Source: Paraspadella gotoi (lineage: Eukaryota; Animalia; Chaetognatha). From it: a stretch of DNA of 64,000 nucleotides. The stretch covers positions 8,257,992 to 8,321,991 of the forward strand of contig CM119263.1 of the NCBI GenBank assembly GCA_051294375.1, written 5' to 3'. Below, piece by piece: positions 11,966 through 26,981 of this stretch. The notes under the pieces were generated by a model. The model did no database searches. It worked only from the letters and a program-made list of their open reading frames with translations, and had not been told where the DNA came from. Position 1 is the first letter of the stretch. Each line of letters opens with the position of its first letter. Made by a program: the position numbers and the translations under genes.

Positions 11966-13350
11966 ATCCTTAAAACTGATCTTCAATCATAAAAAAATTC
12001 ATATAATCTAAATTAAAAATAGAAATTGGCGGCGCTTTTGGAAAATATTGGCGATTAGGGGCAGTTTTCGAACGACCTGCTTCAGATAATTTAACTATTT
12101 ATTTATTAATCTTAAAATTGACAAGGATGTTAATGAACCCATGATGGCTCGTAGTACATTTCTAGGTGCATTGTTGTAATCGATGCGTGTGTCGTGTTTT
12201 ACACTAAACGTCGTTTTTCAAACCTTTGTTTCTTCCTCGGACCATCAAGCAAAAAAAAACGCCTTAGAGACGCAGGTCCGCGCCAAAAACTCAGTCACAA
12301 CACGATGCACGGCGATGGCTGTTTACGCAATGACCGCGAAAGGCTTTAGAGGAACGATGAGGATTATGGTAAGGCTTTTAATTATTGGGCCAGCGGAAGC
12401 TGCAGGAAACGTACACTTTTGGGTGTTCGGCAACTGCAGAGCACGGTATAAAGAACTGTAGAAGACGAGAAATAGAGATGTCGAGCAGAACCGAGAAGTA
12501 GAGTCGACTCTGGGATGTTTTTGACAAGAAATGGCAAAAATTAATTTCAATCAACTTGAGAAGAAAATTATCGAGTAAGTAAAACTCCAAATACGAAGAG
12601 AGAATTGTATAATTTTGGTTTGTTTCTTAACAAAAATTTCTTAACAATTATTTGATTATAAAAATTAAAGATAATAAATAAAGAAATTCCTCTTTTTCTC
12701 GAGTGAGGAGAAACGAATGTTGAAATTCTGACAAACGCGAAAAAACAAAAGAAAAANNNNNNNNNNNNNNNNNNNNNNNNNGCGGCGGCGGCGGCGGCGG
12801 TGGCGGCGGTGGCGGCGGCGGTTGCGCTGGTCCCTAGGTGGACCTCGGGCCGGTATATCGCTGGCCGGCTCCTATGGGGGAACTAAATATAGCGGCCCCA
12901 GATGGAGCGATTCATCAGTGAGAGTGGAGTGGCGAAACTGATCGTAGGAGCTTTCTCTGCTGCTACTCGTCTGATACAGCGAAATGAAGGCAAACCAAAT
13001 AAATGTGAGGGAGATTCCATAACTTTTATATATAAATGAAAAAAGACAAAAGAAAAAAGAGAGAGAGAAAAAAAGCCTCATGAACATAAAAAGGAATATA
13101 ACCGGAAAACTCGACAAGAAACTCGACACGAAAATTGATCTCGACGCTTTAAAAACACGAAAAGGAAAAAAATGTAAGACGGAAACTGGATAAAGAAACA
13201 TGACGAGGAAAGACGACGCGAAAGCATGACAAAAAAAAGGACGCGAAAATATAGAGCGGAAAAAAAAAGATTCTCTTGTCATATTTCGCGAGAAAATTAA
13301 AATGCGTTTCTCTTTAAGAAGATGCGTAACAAATGGAGAACGGCCTTAAC

Positions 13351-13477
13351 CTTTCCGCCAATACTGACGACGTTGATGACGCCTCTGCAACGCTGACAAT
13401 CATATGTACGACGAAGAATGCTGTAGCTGCTGCTGCGGCGGCGGAGTCAAAGGCGGCGACAGCAGCGGCGGAGTTCC
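13351..13477 (-). CDS. Candidate internal exon of an unknown gene (Ala/Ser-rich)
   Basis: Minus-strand acceptor ttcttttcttcag and donor AAG|gttaag. One frame is open (NSAAAVAAFDSAAAAAATAFFVVHMIVSVAEASSTSSVLAE). A further acceptor (tcgctgtatcag) at 12971 opens a GC-rich segment. No family recognised. Confidence 0.3.
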
Positions 13478-13764
13478 CTGAAGAAAAGAAGTTCTCGGAG
13501 TGAAAAAGAAAAAAAATGGAAATAGAAGGGAAGGGAGGAGATGTAAAAGAAAGAAAAGAAAGAAAAAGAAAAAAAAGGGGAGAACAAATTTGAACCAGAA
13601 AGTAAAGAAGAGAAGTAAGGTGGGTGAGAAGAGAGGAAGGAAGGGATTAAAGATATCGTCTTCAAAGTATGACATTCGAGTGGCACCGACGCCATCGCGA
13701 GACAGATTGCCTCACGCTGCCAATTTCCTGCCCGAAAAAGATAGGGTGTCGGAATCTCGATCCC

Positions 13765-14790
13765 TTTGAAGACTCTTCCTTCTCTTTTATCATCTCTTTG
13801 AAGACTTTTCCTTCTCTTTTCTCATCTCTTTGAAGACTTTTCCTTCTCTTTTCTCATCTCTTTGAAGACTTTTCCTTCTCTTTTCTCAACTCTTTGAAGA
13901 CTTTTCCTTCTCTTTTCTCATCACTTTGAAGACTCTTACTCCTCTTTTCTCATCTCATTGAAGACTTTTCCTTCTCTTTTTTCATCTCTTTGAAGACTTT
14001 TCCTTCTCTTTTCTCATCTTTTTGAAGACTTTTCCTTCTCTTTTCTCATATCTTTGAAGACTCTTCCTCCTCTTTTCTCATCTCATTGAAGACTCTTCCT
14101 CCTCTTTTCTCATCTCATTGAAGACTTTTCCTTCTCTTTTTTCATCTCTTTGAAGACTTTTCCTTCTCTTTTCTCATCTTTTTGAAGACTTTTCCTTCTC
14201 TTTTCTCATATCTTTGAAGACTCTTCCTCCTCTTTTCTCATCTCATTGAAGACTCTTCCTCCTCTTTTCTCATCTCATTGAAGACTTTTCCTTCTCTTTT
14301 TTCATCTCTTTGAAGACTTTTCCTTCTCTTTTCTCATCTTTTTGAAAACTTTTCCCTCTCTTTTCTCATATCTTTGAAGACACTTCCTCCTCTTTTCTCA
14401 TCTCATTGAAGACTTTTCCTTCTCTTTTTTCATCTCTTTGAAGACTTTTCCTTCTCTTTTCTCATCTTTTTGAAGACTTTTCCTTCTCTTTTCTCATCTT
14501 TTTGAAGACTTTTCCTTCTCTTTTCTCATATCTTTGAAGACACTTCCTCCTCTTTTCTCATCTCATTGAAGACTTTTCCTTCTCTTTTTTCATCTCTTTG
14601 AAGACTTTTTCTTCTCTTTTCTCATCTCTTAGAAGACTTTTCCTTCTCTTTTCTCATCTCTTTGAAGACTTTTCCTTCTCTTTTCTCATATCTTTGAAGA
14701 CACTTCCTCCTCTTTTCTCATCTTTTAGAAGACTTTTCCTTCTCTTTTCTCATCTCTTTGAAGACTCTTCCTCCTCTTTTCTCATCTCTT
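13765..14790. repeat. 32-bp minisatellite, ~32 copies (tttgaagacttttccttctcttttctcatctc)
   Basis: gaagac recurs every 32 bp with no spacers. The variant pattern repeats every 160 bp. Confidence 0.98.
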
Positions 14791-15817
14791 CGCGCATCAA
14801 ACGCGAACGATTGACGCGTCTATCGTCGCACCGGCATCTGCTCCGGCACCTGCTCCGGCAGCTGCACCGGCACCGGGTCATCGTTCGATTCGCCGGCGCG
14901 AAAAGAGCTCATCCTCTCCCGAAACAGAGATTTATCACTCAAATACTACTTCGTCAACTGTCGTTGTCGTCGGCTCGGTCGTTGTTGTTGTTGTAGCCGA
15001 GGTCGTTTTGGCCCTGATTGCTTTTTTTATATTTCTTAACTTGGTCTTAGTAGCGAAAAAAAATCTATTTTTGTCATGTTTAACGATGGAACAACCTTCC
15101 TTTGATACTCCCTTACCGCGACCTCGATTCGATCGGCAACTAAAATATTAAAATATCATTCATGTATATATTTCGCGACTTTATTTTTTAATCGTGGTTG
15201 GTGTCGTCGTTTTGTCCTCGTTGTCGTTGCTTGTTTCATGGCTTTGCTTGTTTCATGGCTTTGCTTGTTTCATGGCTTCAAAGGTCATGAATTCTTGTTT
15301 CTCTCCCGCACTTCGACTACATCTTCATTTAACCCTCGGTCGTTTACTCCGTTGACGTCGTCCTCGTCTTTTTGATTCGATTGTCCTTTCAATGGTTTCA
15401 ATCGGAGTCTTTTCCACCTTTGTCGTCGTCGTCTATGCCAAATGCCAATCGGCTTCTTATTTGATATTACTTAACTTTTGTTAATCGACCTTATTGGAAT
15501 CGAAATTTTGGCTGATCTCAATGGCAACGTAGTTTATATAGTTATTATTAGATCGTCTTTTCATTGCTTTCGCTTTCGTTTCGTTTTAAATCTATTTGTT
15601 GTCTCCCTAGTCTCTTTCGTCCTCGACGACCCAATCCATGGTTTCGAGCAAAGCAACAACAACAAGAACGACAAAAACGCCGACGACAACGACAAAAAAC
15701 AGCAATAACAATAACAACAACAGTTTCTGTTGCCGCCGCTAAACTTTCTTATGACGATGACGCAGTTTTCTCTGGCGAATTTACAGTCGTTTCACAGAAT
15801 CATTAGCGGAAGCGAGC

Positions 15818-18313
<2,496 letters not shown>

Positions 18314-19093
18314 ATCGTATATCCCCCTCAAATTCCCCCGAGGCTCCGTTACATTAGCCAAAGATTCTCAAAATTATGGCGTAATTTAGTGTAGAGGCAA
18401 ATAACGCTTTTTATGTGCAAGTGAAGGGATAACGTTGATGTATCGCTAGCATTTTGATATATTTAGAATCTACATTGTAGAGTGTGGAACTCTTTACTTG
18501 GTATATAATAAAACATACATTTTATTTGAATATAATTATACTTATATTTTACTTATACTTGTTTATACTTGACTTCTAAGACAGAAGAAACCACTATTTA
18601 AAAACATCATCTTTAAGTTCAAACTCCAACCCTCGACAACAACCTCATGGACCGAGGGACCGACCGACCGTCCAACCGACCGACAAACCGACCAACCGAC
18701 CAACGCGTCCAATTTGCGTGTTTAGCTCCACGATGAGTTTTTAATATTCAGAGATTGAGAAACTCGAGATTCAGGGAGAAGTCGATTCTGGTTTCATTCA
18801 AGAGGAAATAATTGTCGCTTCCCATTTTTTCTCGGATTCATTCAAGAAAATAAACAAATACTTGTTTTTGCTCGATTACTTCTTTAATTATGCAATCGAA
18901 AGAGATTCGCAAGACCGTCGGAGATGGCAAAACCGGCGGACTAAGAAAAGTTGAAGACTGCTTGGCCGTGGAAGCGAGATACGGACAAGGAGAAAAATAA
19001 AAGAAACGGGCAGACAAGCAAAATATAGCAACTCGGTTCAATGTGGTAGCAATAAACGAGAAAATGCCATCCTACCATCCATCTCCCACTCAC

Positions 19094-19392
19094 AGTTTTT
19101 GCCTTCCCCTGGATTCCGAACGACGGCGCCATGGAGGAAGAAGAAGAAGAAGAAGAAGAAGAAGAAGAAGAAGAAGAAGAAGAAGAAGAAGAAGAAGAAG
19201 AAGAAGAAGAAGAAGAAGAAGCAGTGGAGGACGGGAGAATGTCAATGGAAACAAAGAGACGGAGGAGAGGGAGGAAGAAGAGGAGGTGACGTAGGAACGA
19301 GAAAGGGAAGAGGAAGAGGAAGAGGAAGGGGTGGGCGTGGAGGACGAGAGAATGCCAATGGGAACATTGGGGGTGGAGCCGGCGCCACAGAT
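19094..19392 (-). CDS. Candidate Ser-rich exon containing a (TCT)n tract
   Basis: Acceptor ttttatttcag at 19393 and strong donor AAAACT|gtgagt at 19093. Reads ICGAGSTPNVPIGILSSSTPTPSSSS..., then (different frame) ...SSSSMAPSFGIQGKAKT, so the Ser-rich reading needs one frameshift. Confidence 0.3.
19137..19221. repeat. Perfect (GAA)n trinucleotide tract, ~28 units
   Basis: Direct reading. Confidence 0.98.
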
Positions 19393-19419
19393 CTGAAATA
19401 AAATCATAGAAACTGAGTC

Positions 19420-19736
19420 TCAAAGAGGCGAGGATGAGAAAGAGTCGGTGGGAAAAGGGATGCCCGGGATCGGGATGGAATGGGAAAAAAGGGGATGGTG
19501 GAGGGAGATGGGGGCGGAAGAACGGGGTGGCATGGGGGATAAAGGGGTGGAAGAAAGGGGTGGCATGGTGGATGAGGGTGAACAATGAGTGGTGGATGTT
19601 AATCTCGGAGAAGAATATTCAGTGAAGAGAGTGAAGTGCGGATAGGAATGAGTGTGACTGAAGTGAAAAGAAGAGTGATTTGGCGATGGGTGTTGATCTG
19701 GCAGACCGACCGACCGGTGAATCGGTGAAGTGAAGA
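19420..19736 (-). CDS. Candidate Ser/Pro/His-rich coding segment
   Basis: Part of ORF 19420..19833(-) (VFTSPIHRSVGLPDQHPSPNHSSFHFSH...MPPLSSTPLSPMPPRSSAP), preceded by a 45-bp GT..AG segment (19737-19781: AAG|gtaatg...ccttttcag). Confidence 0.3.
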
Positions 19737-19979
19737 CTGAAAAGGTGGAAGGTAAGAGAGAGGGAGCCAGGAATTCATTACCTTTCGAAAGCAGACGACC
19801 GAGAATATGTACATGTAATTTCACGTGAACCAAACAATCGGGAAGAAAAAAAAAGAGAATAAAAATATAAACTTGACAGAATCGGATCTGAAAAAAAAAT
19901 TATGGAACGGCGAGCGAGAGGAGGACTGCAATGAGGGAGGAAAGAAAAATGGGTTTGGATCAGTGGCATTTCATAGAGG

Positions 19980-20084
<105 letters not shown>

Positions 20085-20941
20085 CGAATGGTGAAACGTG
20101 AGAAGGAAAAACCATCGGAAGGAAAGAAAAAAAAAAGAAAAGGGGAGGAAAAAACGCAATAATTGGCAGAGAAAGGATAATCGCTCCGAGGTACAAAGAT
20201 AAAAAGAGCAAGTTTAAAAATTAACAAGTTCGAAGAAAGAAGAAAGCAAGGAGGCGTGGCGGGAAAGAAATGAAGAGACAAATACGGGAAAGAGGGGAAA
20301 AAAATGGGAAAGAAAGGAAAAAAGGAAAAATAAAAAGGGAGGAAGGAAGGGAGGAGAAAAAAGGAGGAAGGAAGGGAGGAGAAAAAGGGAAGTTTAAAAA
20401 AGGAAAGTTAAGATGAAGGAAGATATGGAAAAAATAGTTGAAACGGTGGCAAAACGAAACAAGATGAGAATTTGAGAAATTGAGAAAGACTCGAACCTGA
20501 TTAGAAACCTAAAACGAATACAAACAAATAATGAAATGACAGAACAAGAAGCGGAGGAGAAAAAAAACATTGCGGTTGAAACTCGAGAATGATTAAGTTG
20601 GTTGAAATCAACTTTGCCGCGATGGAGCCTGGATTAAGATTGCGGGGGCGCAAGGGGATGGGATCGATTTTAAAGGCGATGAGAACAGGAAAAGGCATTT
20701 GAACAAAATGAGCGATAAATATTTATGGAATGACCTACGTCGTTGAAGTTAAGTCATTGATTGAACCTATGGGTTGGTATATGTAAATATTACAACGGAT
20801 TTACGATTCACTTCTTTGGGTCACCAACTTAACAATTATAGCTCCGTAAACAATTAATTATAACAAGAAAGCATGAAAGAGAAGACGCATCTAATTATAA
20901 ATAACCGTGGAAAGTATGGAAAGACGAATTTAAAAGAAATA

Positions 20942-20942
20942 A

Positions 20943-21034
<92 letters not shown>

Positions 21035-21190
21035 AACAAACAAACAAACAAACAAACAAACAAACATAATAAACAAACCGAAAAATGAACAAAACATTGA
21101 ACGAATCGATGGAATAATGATACTAAAGAAAGAACGAACGAACGAAAGAACAAACGAACAAACGAACAAACGAACGAACGTACGGACGAA
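20942..21190. repeat. Compound tetranucleotide microsatellite (GAAA)n-(AAAC)n-(GAAC)n
   Basis: Direct reading. Confidence 0.95.
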
Positions 21191-21638
21191 CGGAGCCAAC
21201 CAGAACGAGTCTCGGCGTCCCGTCGATCATCCGATTGCAATATGCCCGGCATCATCCGTGGCCTTTCGACCTCTCATGTCTCGTCCTTGCAATCTGTCAG
21301 CGAAGGAAACCAACTGAGACCAAAGATTCGCTCATTGCCTTTTGCCCCCTTTTGTTGCTTCCGCGCGCCATCCGTCGATGAAGGGAGACATTTTCTTTTT
21401 CTTTTCTTTTTCTTTCTTTAATTAAAAGGATTTTTTTTTTCTATTGGTCACCAATTCTTTGGTGGCAACGAATGCCAATTTGGAAGCCAAAAGAGTTCGC
21501 AGATTCGGCTTCTTTACGCCCAATTAATTCACTCGAAATCACCATATTTTTTTTTTAATGATGGACTTTAGATACGCACCGTTCCTCTCCCCCGCCCCCA
21601 CCCCCCCCCAACGCACACACACAAAAAAAATGATGTAC

Positions 21639-21791
21639 CTGGGATTGAACTCTTGACCGGCGAGAATGAAACTCGTTTTCCTGAGACAACGAATGATTTT
21701 CTTGTCTTGTACACTGAGACGACGAGGCGACTGGGCGTGTCTCGCGAGAATCAGAAAATACGCGCCGACGTCGGAAAGCTCTTCGTTTCAA
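21639..21791 (-). CDS. Candidate 153-bp phase-0 exon (LKRRAFRRRRVFSDSRETRPVASSSQCTRQENHSLSQENEFHSRRSRVQSQ)
   Basis: Acceptor tattcgcag, donor CAG|gtacat, length divisible by 3, and only frame 0 is open. Confidence 0.3.
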
Positions 21792-22435
21792 CTGCGAATA
21801 CATTCTAGTCTAACTCTAATGATTCAATTTCTAAAACGAGCGTTTAGCGGATGGATGCCCTGGAAAATGCTCAAACATTTACCTTTCAATAACAAACACG
21901 GGGATTACCAGGGGTTAAATCTTTCGTCATGCAGACACTCTCACCGTGCGGAGAATTGGATCATTGCCAGTAATTGCTAAAACCTGGCGCGAAACTGCCG
22001 CACGAAAACTTCGAGACGGCGCTCGACAGAAAATGCCATAAAATGCCATAAAATGCCAGAACGGCGACGAAGCTCGACGAAACGCGACGAACATCGAGAT
22101 TGAATAAGTTTTTTATGCAAATTAGGCAAATTTCTCCGCTGCCGCTCACGATGAAACGTTGGCGGAGCAGTCGAGGCAGAATCTCTGAGGATTCACTTTT
22201 ATTCACTGATTCTTGAGTTAATGTTGTTGTTTATGTTTTTGTTGTTATGACGCGGCGATTACTTCTCTTCTTCTTCGTCGATGATTTTTCCTCGAAGATG
22301 AGAAGTTTCTGAGAGTGAAAAAAGTCGGTTTACATGAGGGTTGAGTTGAAGAAGAAATGAGGAGAAAAAATAGTGAAAGAAATCGAAAAAGGGAGAACGA
22401 GGAGAATGACTTTGGTTCGCTGCGACCGTTAAAGA

Positions 22436-22563
<128 letters not shown>

Positions 22564-25500
22564 AATGAGGAAAGACGAATCACAGCTAAAAAAAAACATA
22601 TTTTTATCAAAAGATAAGACCAAACTTGGTTTTTAATTGAAATCAAAATCGAGGAGATTATAATTTAGTCCGTACTTTAATCTCGTACCTGAGATTTTTC
22701 TCTCTTTTTCTTTTTCTCTTTTCTCTCTTTCTTATTTCGGTTAAACCACCGACGTCTTGGGTACGAAATTCCAGTCGTTCGCACTTTTAAGCTCATCTCA
22801 TTTTCTCATCTTAACACCCGTCCATTTGCCCATGAGAACCCCCTATCTATTTGCCCATTATAACCTCTGTACCCCCGTTCAATCCCTCATCTCAACCTTC
22901 TCCGGCCTTCTCGGCGAAAACCACTGCACCGTCGCACTTAAGCCCCGATCGAGCATATTCTCTGGGAAACTTTTTTTTCTTCCCCCGCCAGCAAATAACC
23001 TTTGACCAAATCTCTCTCTCTCNNNNNNNNNNAGAGAGACCGAGAGCGAGAGTTTCAATTAAGGAGGAATATTTATTTTTCCCCCGCTCGCAAAACATGT
23101 AAATCAATTTATTTCGGGCAGAGAAAAATCATCTCTGTTTTGGTTACGACGCATTCGGGACTTTGGGCCTTGGAGTGAAATGGTCCTCGCAGGGAAGGGA
23201 GATTGGGTCATCAAGGGGAAGTGAGAAGCTTCTTCGAATCGATGGGATGGGAGCGGAAAAAAATTCAATCCTCGCTTTATTTCAAGTTTATTGATAGTCT
23301 GATTGATAGTCTGGTAGTGATAGTTTTGTGCGTTTGTACGCTGAATGTTTGTTTTACGGACTATTCTTCGAATAGGGGAATGAACGAGCGAACGATCTTC
23401 GGAACGATCAGACAAACGAACGAACGATCTTCTGTTGCAGTAATTTTAATTAGTTTATCAGTGGCAAGATTATTTAAAGATTCATTGAATCAAACGCAAT
23501 GCGCATTGTTTCCTGCCTCTTGATTATTCCAGTCATCAACGCGTCGACGAATTCAAAAGAAGTAAAAAACGTGTAATTATTATCGCTTGTCTTTGATGAG
23601 TCGACGCCTCGTCATTGCATGGGCAATTCCATCTGCATTCGAAAGAAGTGGAAAAGTCGTTCCGAGGACTCCGACGTCCTTGAATGGAGGGATGGAAGCA
23701 AGAATTAAAAAAAAGAAGAATTAAACTGAGTTGAAAAAAGAAGAAACTTTTTTAAAAATGAGAAAAAGCAGGAGGGGGGGAGAAAAAAACAAAAAAAAGA
23801 AAAGCCAGAGGAGGAGGANNNNNNNNNNNNNNNNNNNNNNNNNNNNNNNNNNNNNNNNNNNNNNNNNNNNNNNNNNNNNNNNNNNNNNNNNNNNNNNNNN
23901 NNNNNNNNNNNNNNNNNNNNNNNNNNNNNNNNNNNNNNNNNNNNNNNNNNNNNNNNNNNNNNNNNNNNNNNNNNNNNNNNNNNNNNNNNNNNNNNNNNNN
24001 NNNNNNNNNNNNNNNNNNNNNNNNNNNNNNNNNNNNNNNNNNNNNNNNNNNNNNNNNNNNNNNNNNNNNNNNNNNNNNNNNNNNNNNNNNNNNNNNNNNN
24101 NNNNNNNNNNNNNNNNNNNNNNNNNNNNNNNNNNNNNNNNNNNNNNNNNNNNNNNNNNNNNNNNNNNNNNNNNNNNNNNNNNNNNNNNNNNNNNNNNNNN
24201 NNNNNNNNNNNNNNNNNNNNNNNNNNNNNNNNNNNNNNNNNNNNNNNNNNNNNNNNNNNNNNNNNNNNNNNNGGGGGGGGCAAAGCGATGTTCCCTTCCC
24301 AAGGAAAAGATCTTCATTTCTTTTCGTCTCGAAACTTTCACGAATGCAAAAAAAAAAAAAAGATTGATGAGATTGTAATAAAATTTATTACGAATTTAAT
24401 CGGAAGGAGATTAGTTAATCGAACTCTCTTATCTGACGAACCAGAGAGTGCGAGGGAATTTACAAATACTCGCTTTCTCTGTTTTAGCTACAAACGGTAA
24501 ATGCAATAGAACTGAGTCTCTTGTGTCAAAAGTAGGTCTTGGATTAGAAATTATGTACTCACGTATGTATATCTTCGAATTTAACCTCTTGCTATTTAAA
24601 TTTGTTTTCTCTTTATATTTTTGCTTCTTCAATTCTTCTCCGCAGGTAAGGTCAAGGAGAGAGAGAGCGACGGAGAGAGAGGGGAGAGAGAGAGGAGGAG
24701 AGGACGAGAGAGAAGAGAAAGAGCGATGAGAGAGAGAGAGAGAGAGAGAGTTTTAACGTCGGTGGGCGTGAAACAATGAAAGGAGGATTTTCCTCCATAA
24801 AGGCGTTTTGGGCGCCAGAAATCCGAAGAATAAAATCTTCTTTATCTTTTCTTCTTTCGTATAATTGAATATTTTGGTCGCTGCGACTCGATGAGACCTT
24901 TTTCGGTCTGTCTGTACTTAACTCTAATTTAATAATTTTTTATCTTTATTTTTATTAACTTAATCAACAAAATTAGGCATTTTGGTATAATATTCATTAG
25001 TTATATTATTGATATTTAATGGTACAAATTTAGTTGATGTAAAATAGATATTTTTAATAGAGAAAAAAATGTCTATGGAACTCCGTAGTTGTTTCCGCAA
25101 GACGGGCCCTTGGGGGGGGCGAGGGAACAAGAAAATAAAATGCGAGGAAAGAAAAAAAGATTTTCTTTTGACATCGAAACTTTGGATTCCATTGATTTCA
25201 GAGGTTATGAGATTGGACTGAGATTGGACTGAGATTGGACTGAGATTGGAAGGGGAGAAGAGAGGAAAGAACAAAAAAAAGAAAGGGAGAGAGAGAAATA
25301 AAAAGGAAGAAAGATAAAGATAAAAAAAGAAAGATAAAATTAAAGAGGTAGGAGAAGAAAAATAAAGCGAATAAAAGAGGAAAATGAAACTAGAAAATAA
25401 ATATTCGTGAGTTGGAAAAAAAAAGAGGAGTGAGGCGTAGGTTTAAAAGAAAGGAATAAAAAAGGGAAAAAAAAAGAAAGGAAAAGGAAGAAAGGAAGAA

Positions 25501-25826
25501 GCAGAAGGAGGACGGACGAATTTCGTGCGATAAAAGAAACGGAGTAGAAACGAAGGAGATATGAAAAAGAAATGAAAATGGAGGGATTGGCTGAAAGGAA
25601 AAGGCGGTATTAAATGAAGTGAAGATCGAGAAAGAGAAGTTAACCGAAAATGAGGAAGGAACAAAGAGTGAGATTATAAAAAGAAGAACGGAAAAAAAAT
25701 ACAATTATGATATAAATAATAATTTGTTTGATGTTACGATAAATCGGGTAAAAACAATAACAGCCCCGGGGAAAAGAAAAACTGTGAGGAAGTAACGATG
25801 ATAAAAATTATGAATGTAAGACGCTG

Positions 25827-25875
25827 TAAGCTCTAAGCTCTAAGCTCTAAACTCTAAGCTCTAAGCTCTAAGCTA
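25827..25875. repeat. (TAAGCTC)n heptamer repeat, ~7 copies
   Basis: Direct reading. Confidence 0.9.
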
Positions 25876-26548
25876 ATATGCGTTGTTCACGATAAAAAAA
25901 AACAGCATTAAAGGATAATAAACGAAAGGGTTTTCACAAAAGGACAGAAGAAAGGAAAAAAAAAAGGGGGAATGTCTTTAGGAGGAGGAGAAAGGAATGG
26001 CATCGAATGAGGATCTAGATTAAGAAACCGAGTCGCCAACCACGATGGCTTCTAAGGACTTTTAGAGACTTTGGCAATAAGAGATAAGTTGCAGCGTTGA
26101 TGGACAATCGACCGGGCTTAAGTGAAGAGGGGGAGGGGAGAACGAGAACTGGGGTGCGAGGAAGGAAAAGAGCGAGAGACGTCCTCTCAGCTCCGGCGGG
26201 GGATGAGAGTGAAAGTCAAACCGATCCTCACAAATGTCTCTTTTGTGAAGAAAATGACCAGGAGTGATTTACTGCTATCATTTCCTTTCTCGGGTAAGGA
26301 AACTTTTTTTTCTCTCTCTCTCTTTCCATCTTTACGCCATTTTTTTTTCTCTCTCTTGCAAAAAAATATTCTCTGTCAGTTCTCCGCACACTCCGAAGAA
26401 TTAAATCAAGGAAACCTCTTTATCTCCCTCTCTCTCTCTCTCTCTTTTTCGTGCGACGATAGAACATTTCATCTCCTCTGATGGAGCGAATCGTAGACTC
26501 TCGGCTCCAGCGCAGGAGCGAGACCGCATTTTAAGCACCGACGAGGGG

Positions 26549-26654
<106 letters not shown>

Positions 26655-26981
26655 TCCGAGCGCCATCGGCTGGAGCGAGGCAACTCTTTAAGCCCCGAGA
26701 GAAGAAGTCAAGAGAAGATTCTCTCGATCGGCGATATCGCTTTCTTAGGCTGAACCCCATTGAACTCTGTTGGTGGAAACTCGATCGTATTTGCGATTTC
26801 TCGATCCGCCGAGGCGCCTTAATGTCGCAATGATTTTTAGCTTTAACCATCTTCGCGTAAAACTGGGAGTCGTTCTAGTATTTATTTATATATTCATCTC
26901 ATTTAAAGGGTCAACTGTCTAAACGACACTTATTTTGATTTTATTATAATTTTTTTCCCCTTTTTTTACGTCGAAAACGAC

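Noticed and set aside
13765-14790. CRISPR array (32-bp repeat length)
   Set aside because: Units are contiguous with no unique spacers, the context is eukaryotic, and there are no cas genes.
23140-23220. FGPWSE motif suggesting an FN3 or TSP1 domain
   Set aside because: Six-residue match only, with no supporting Cys/Trp pattern or neighbouring domain sequence.
23705-24378. Long ORFs spanning N runs (also 27111-27832, 41431-42003, 54175-54888)
   Set aside because: Their length comes from X residues in assembly gaps.
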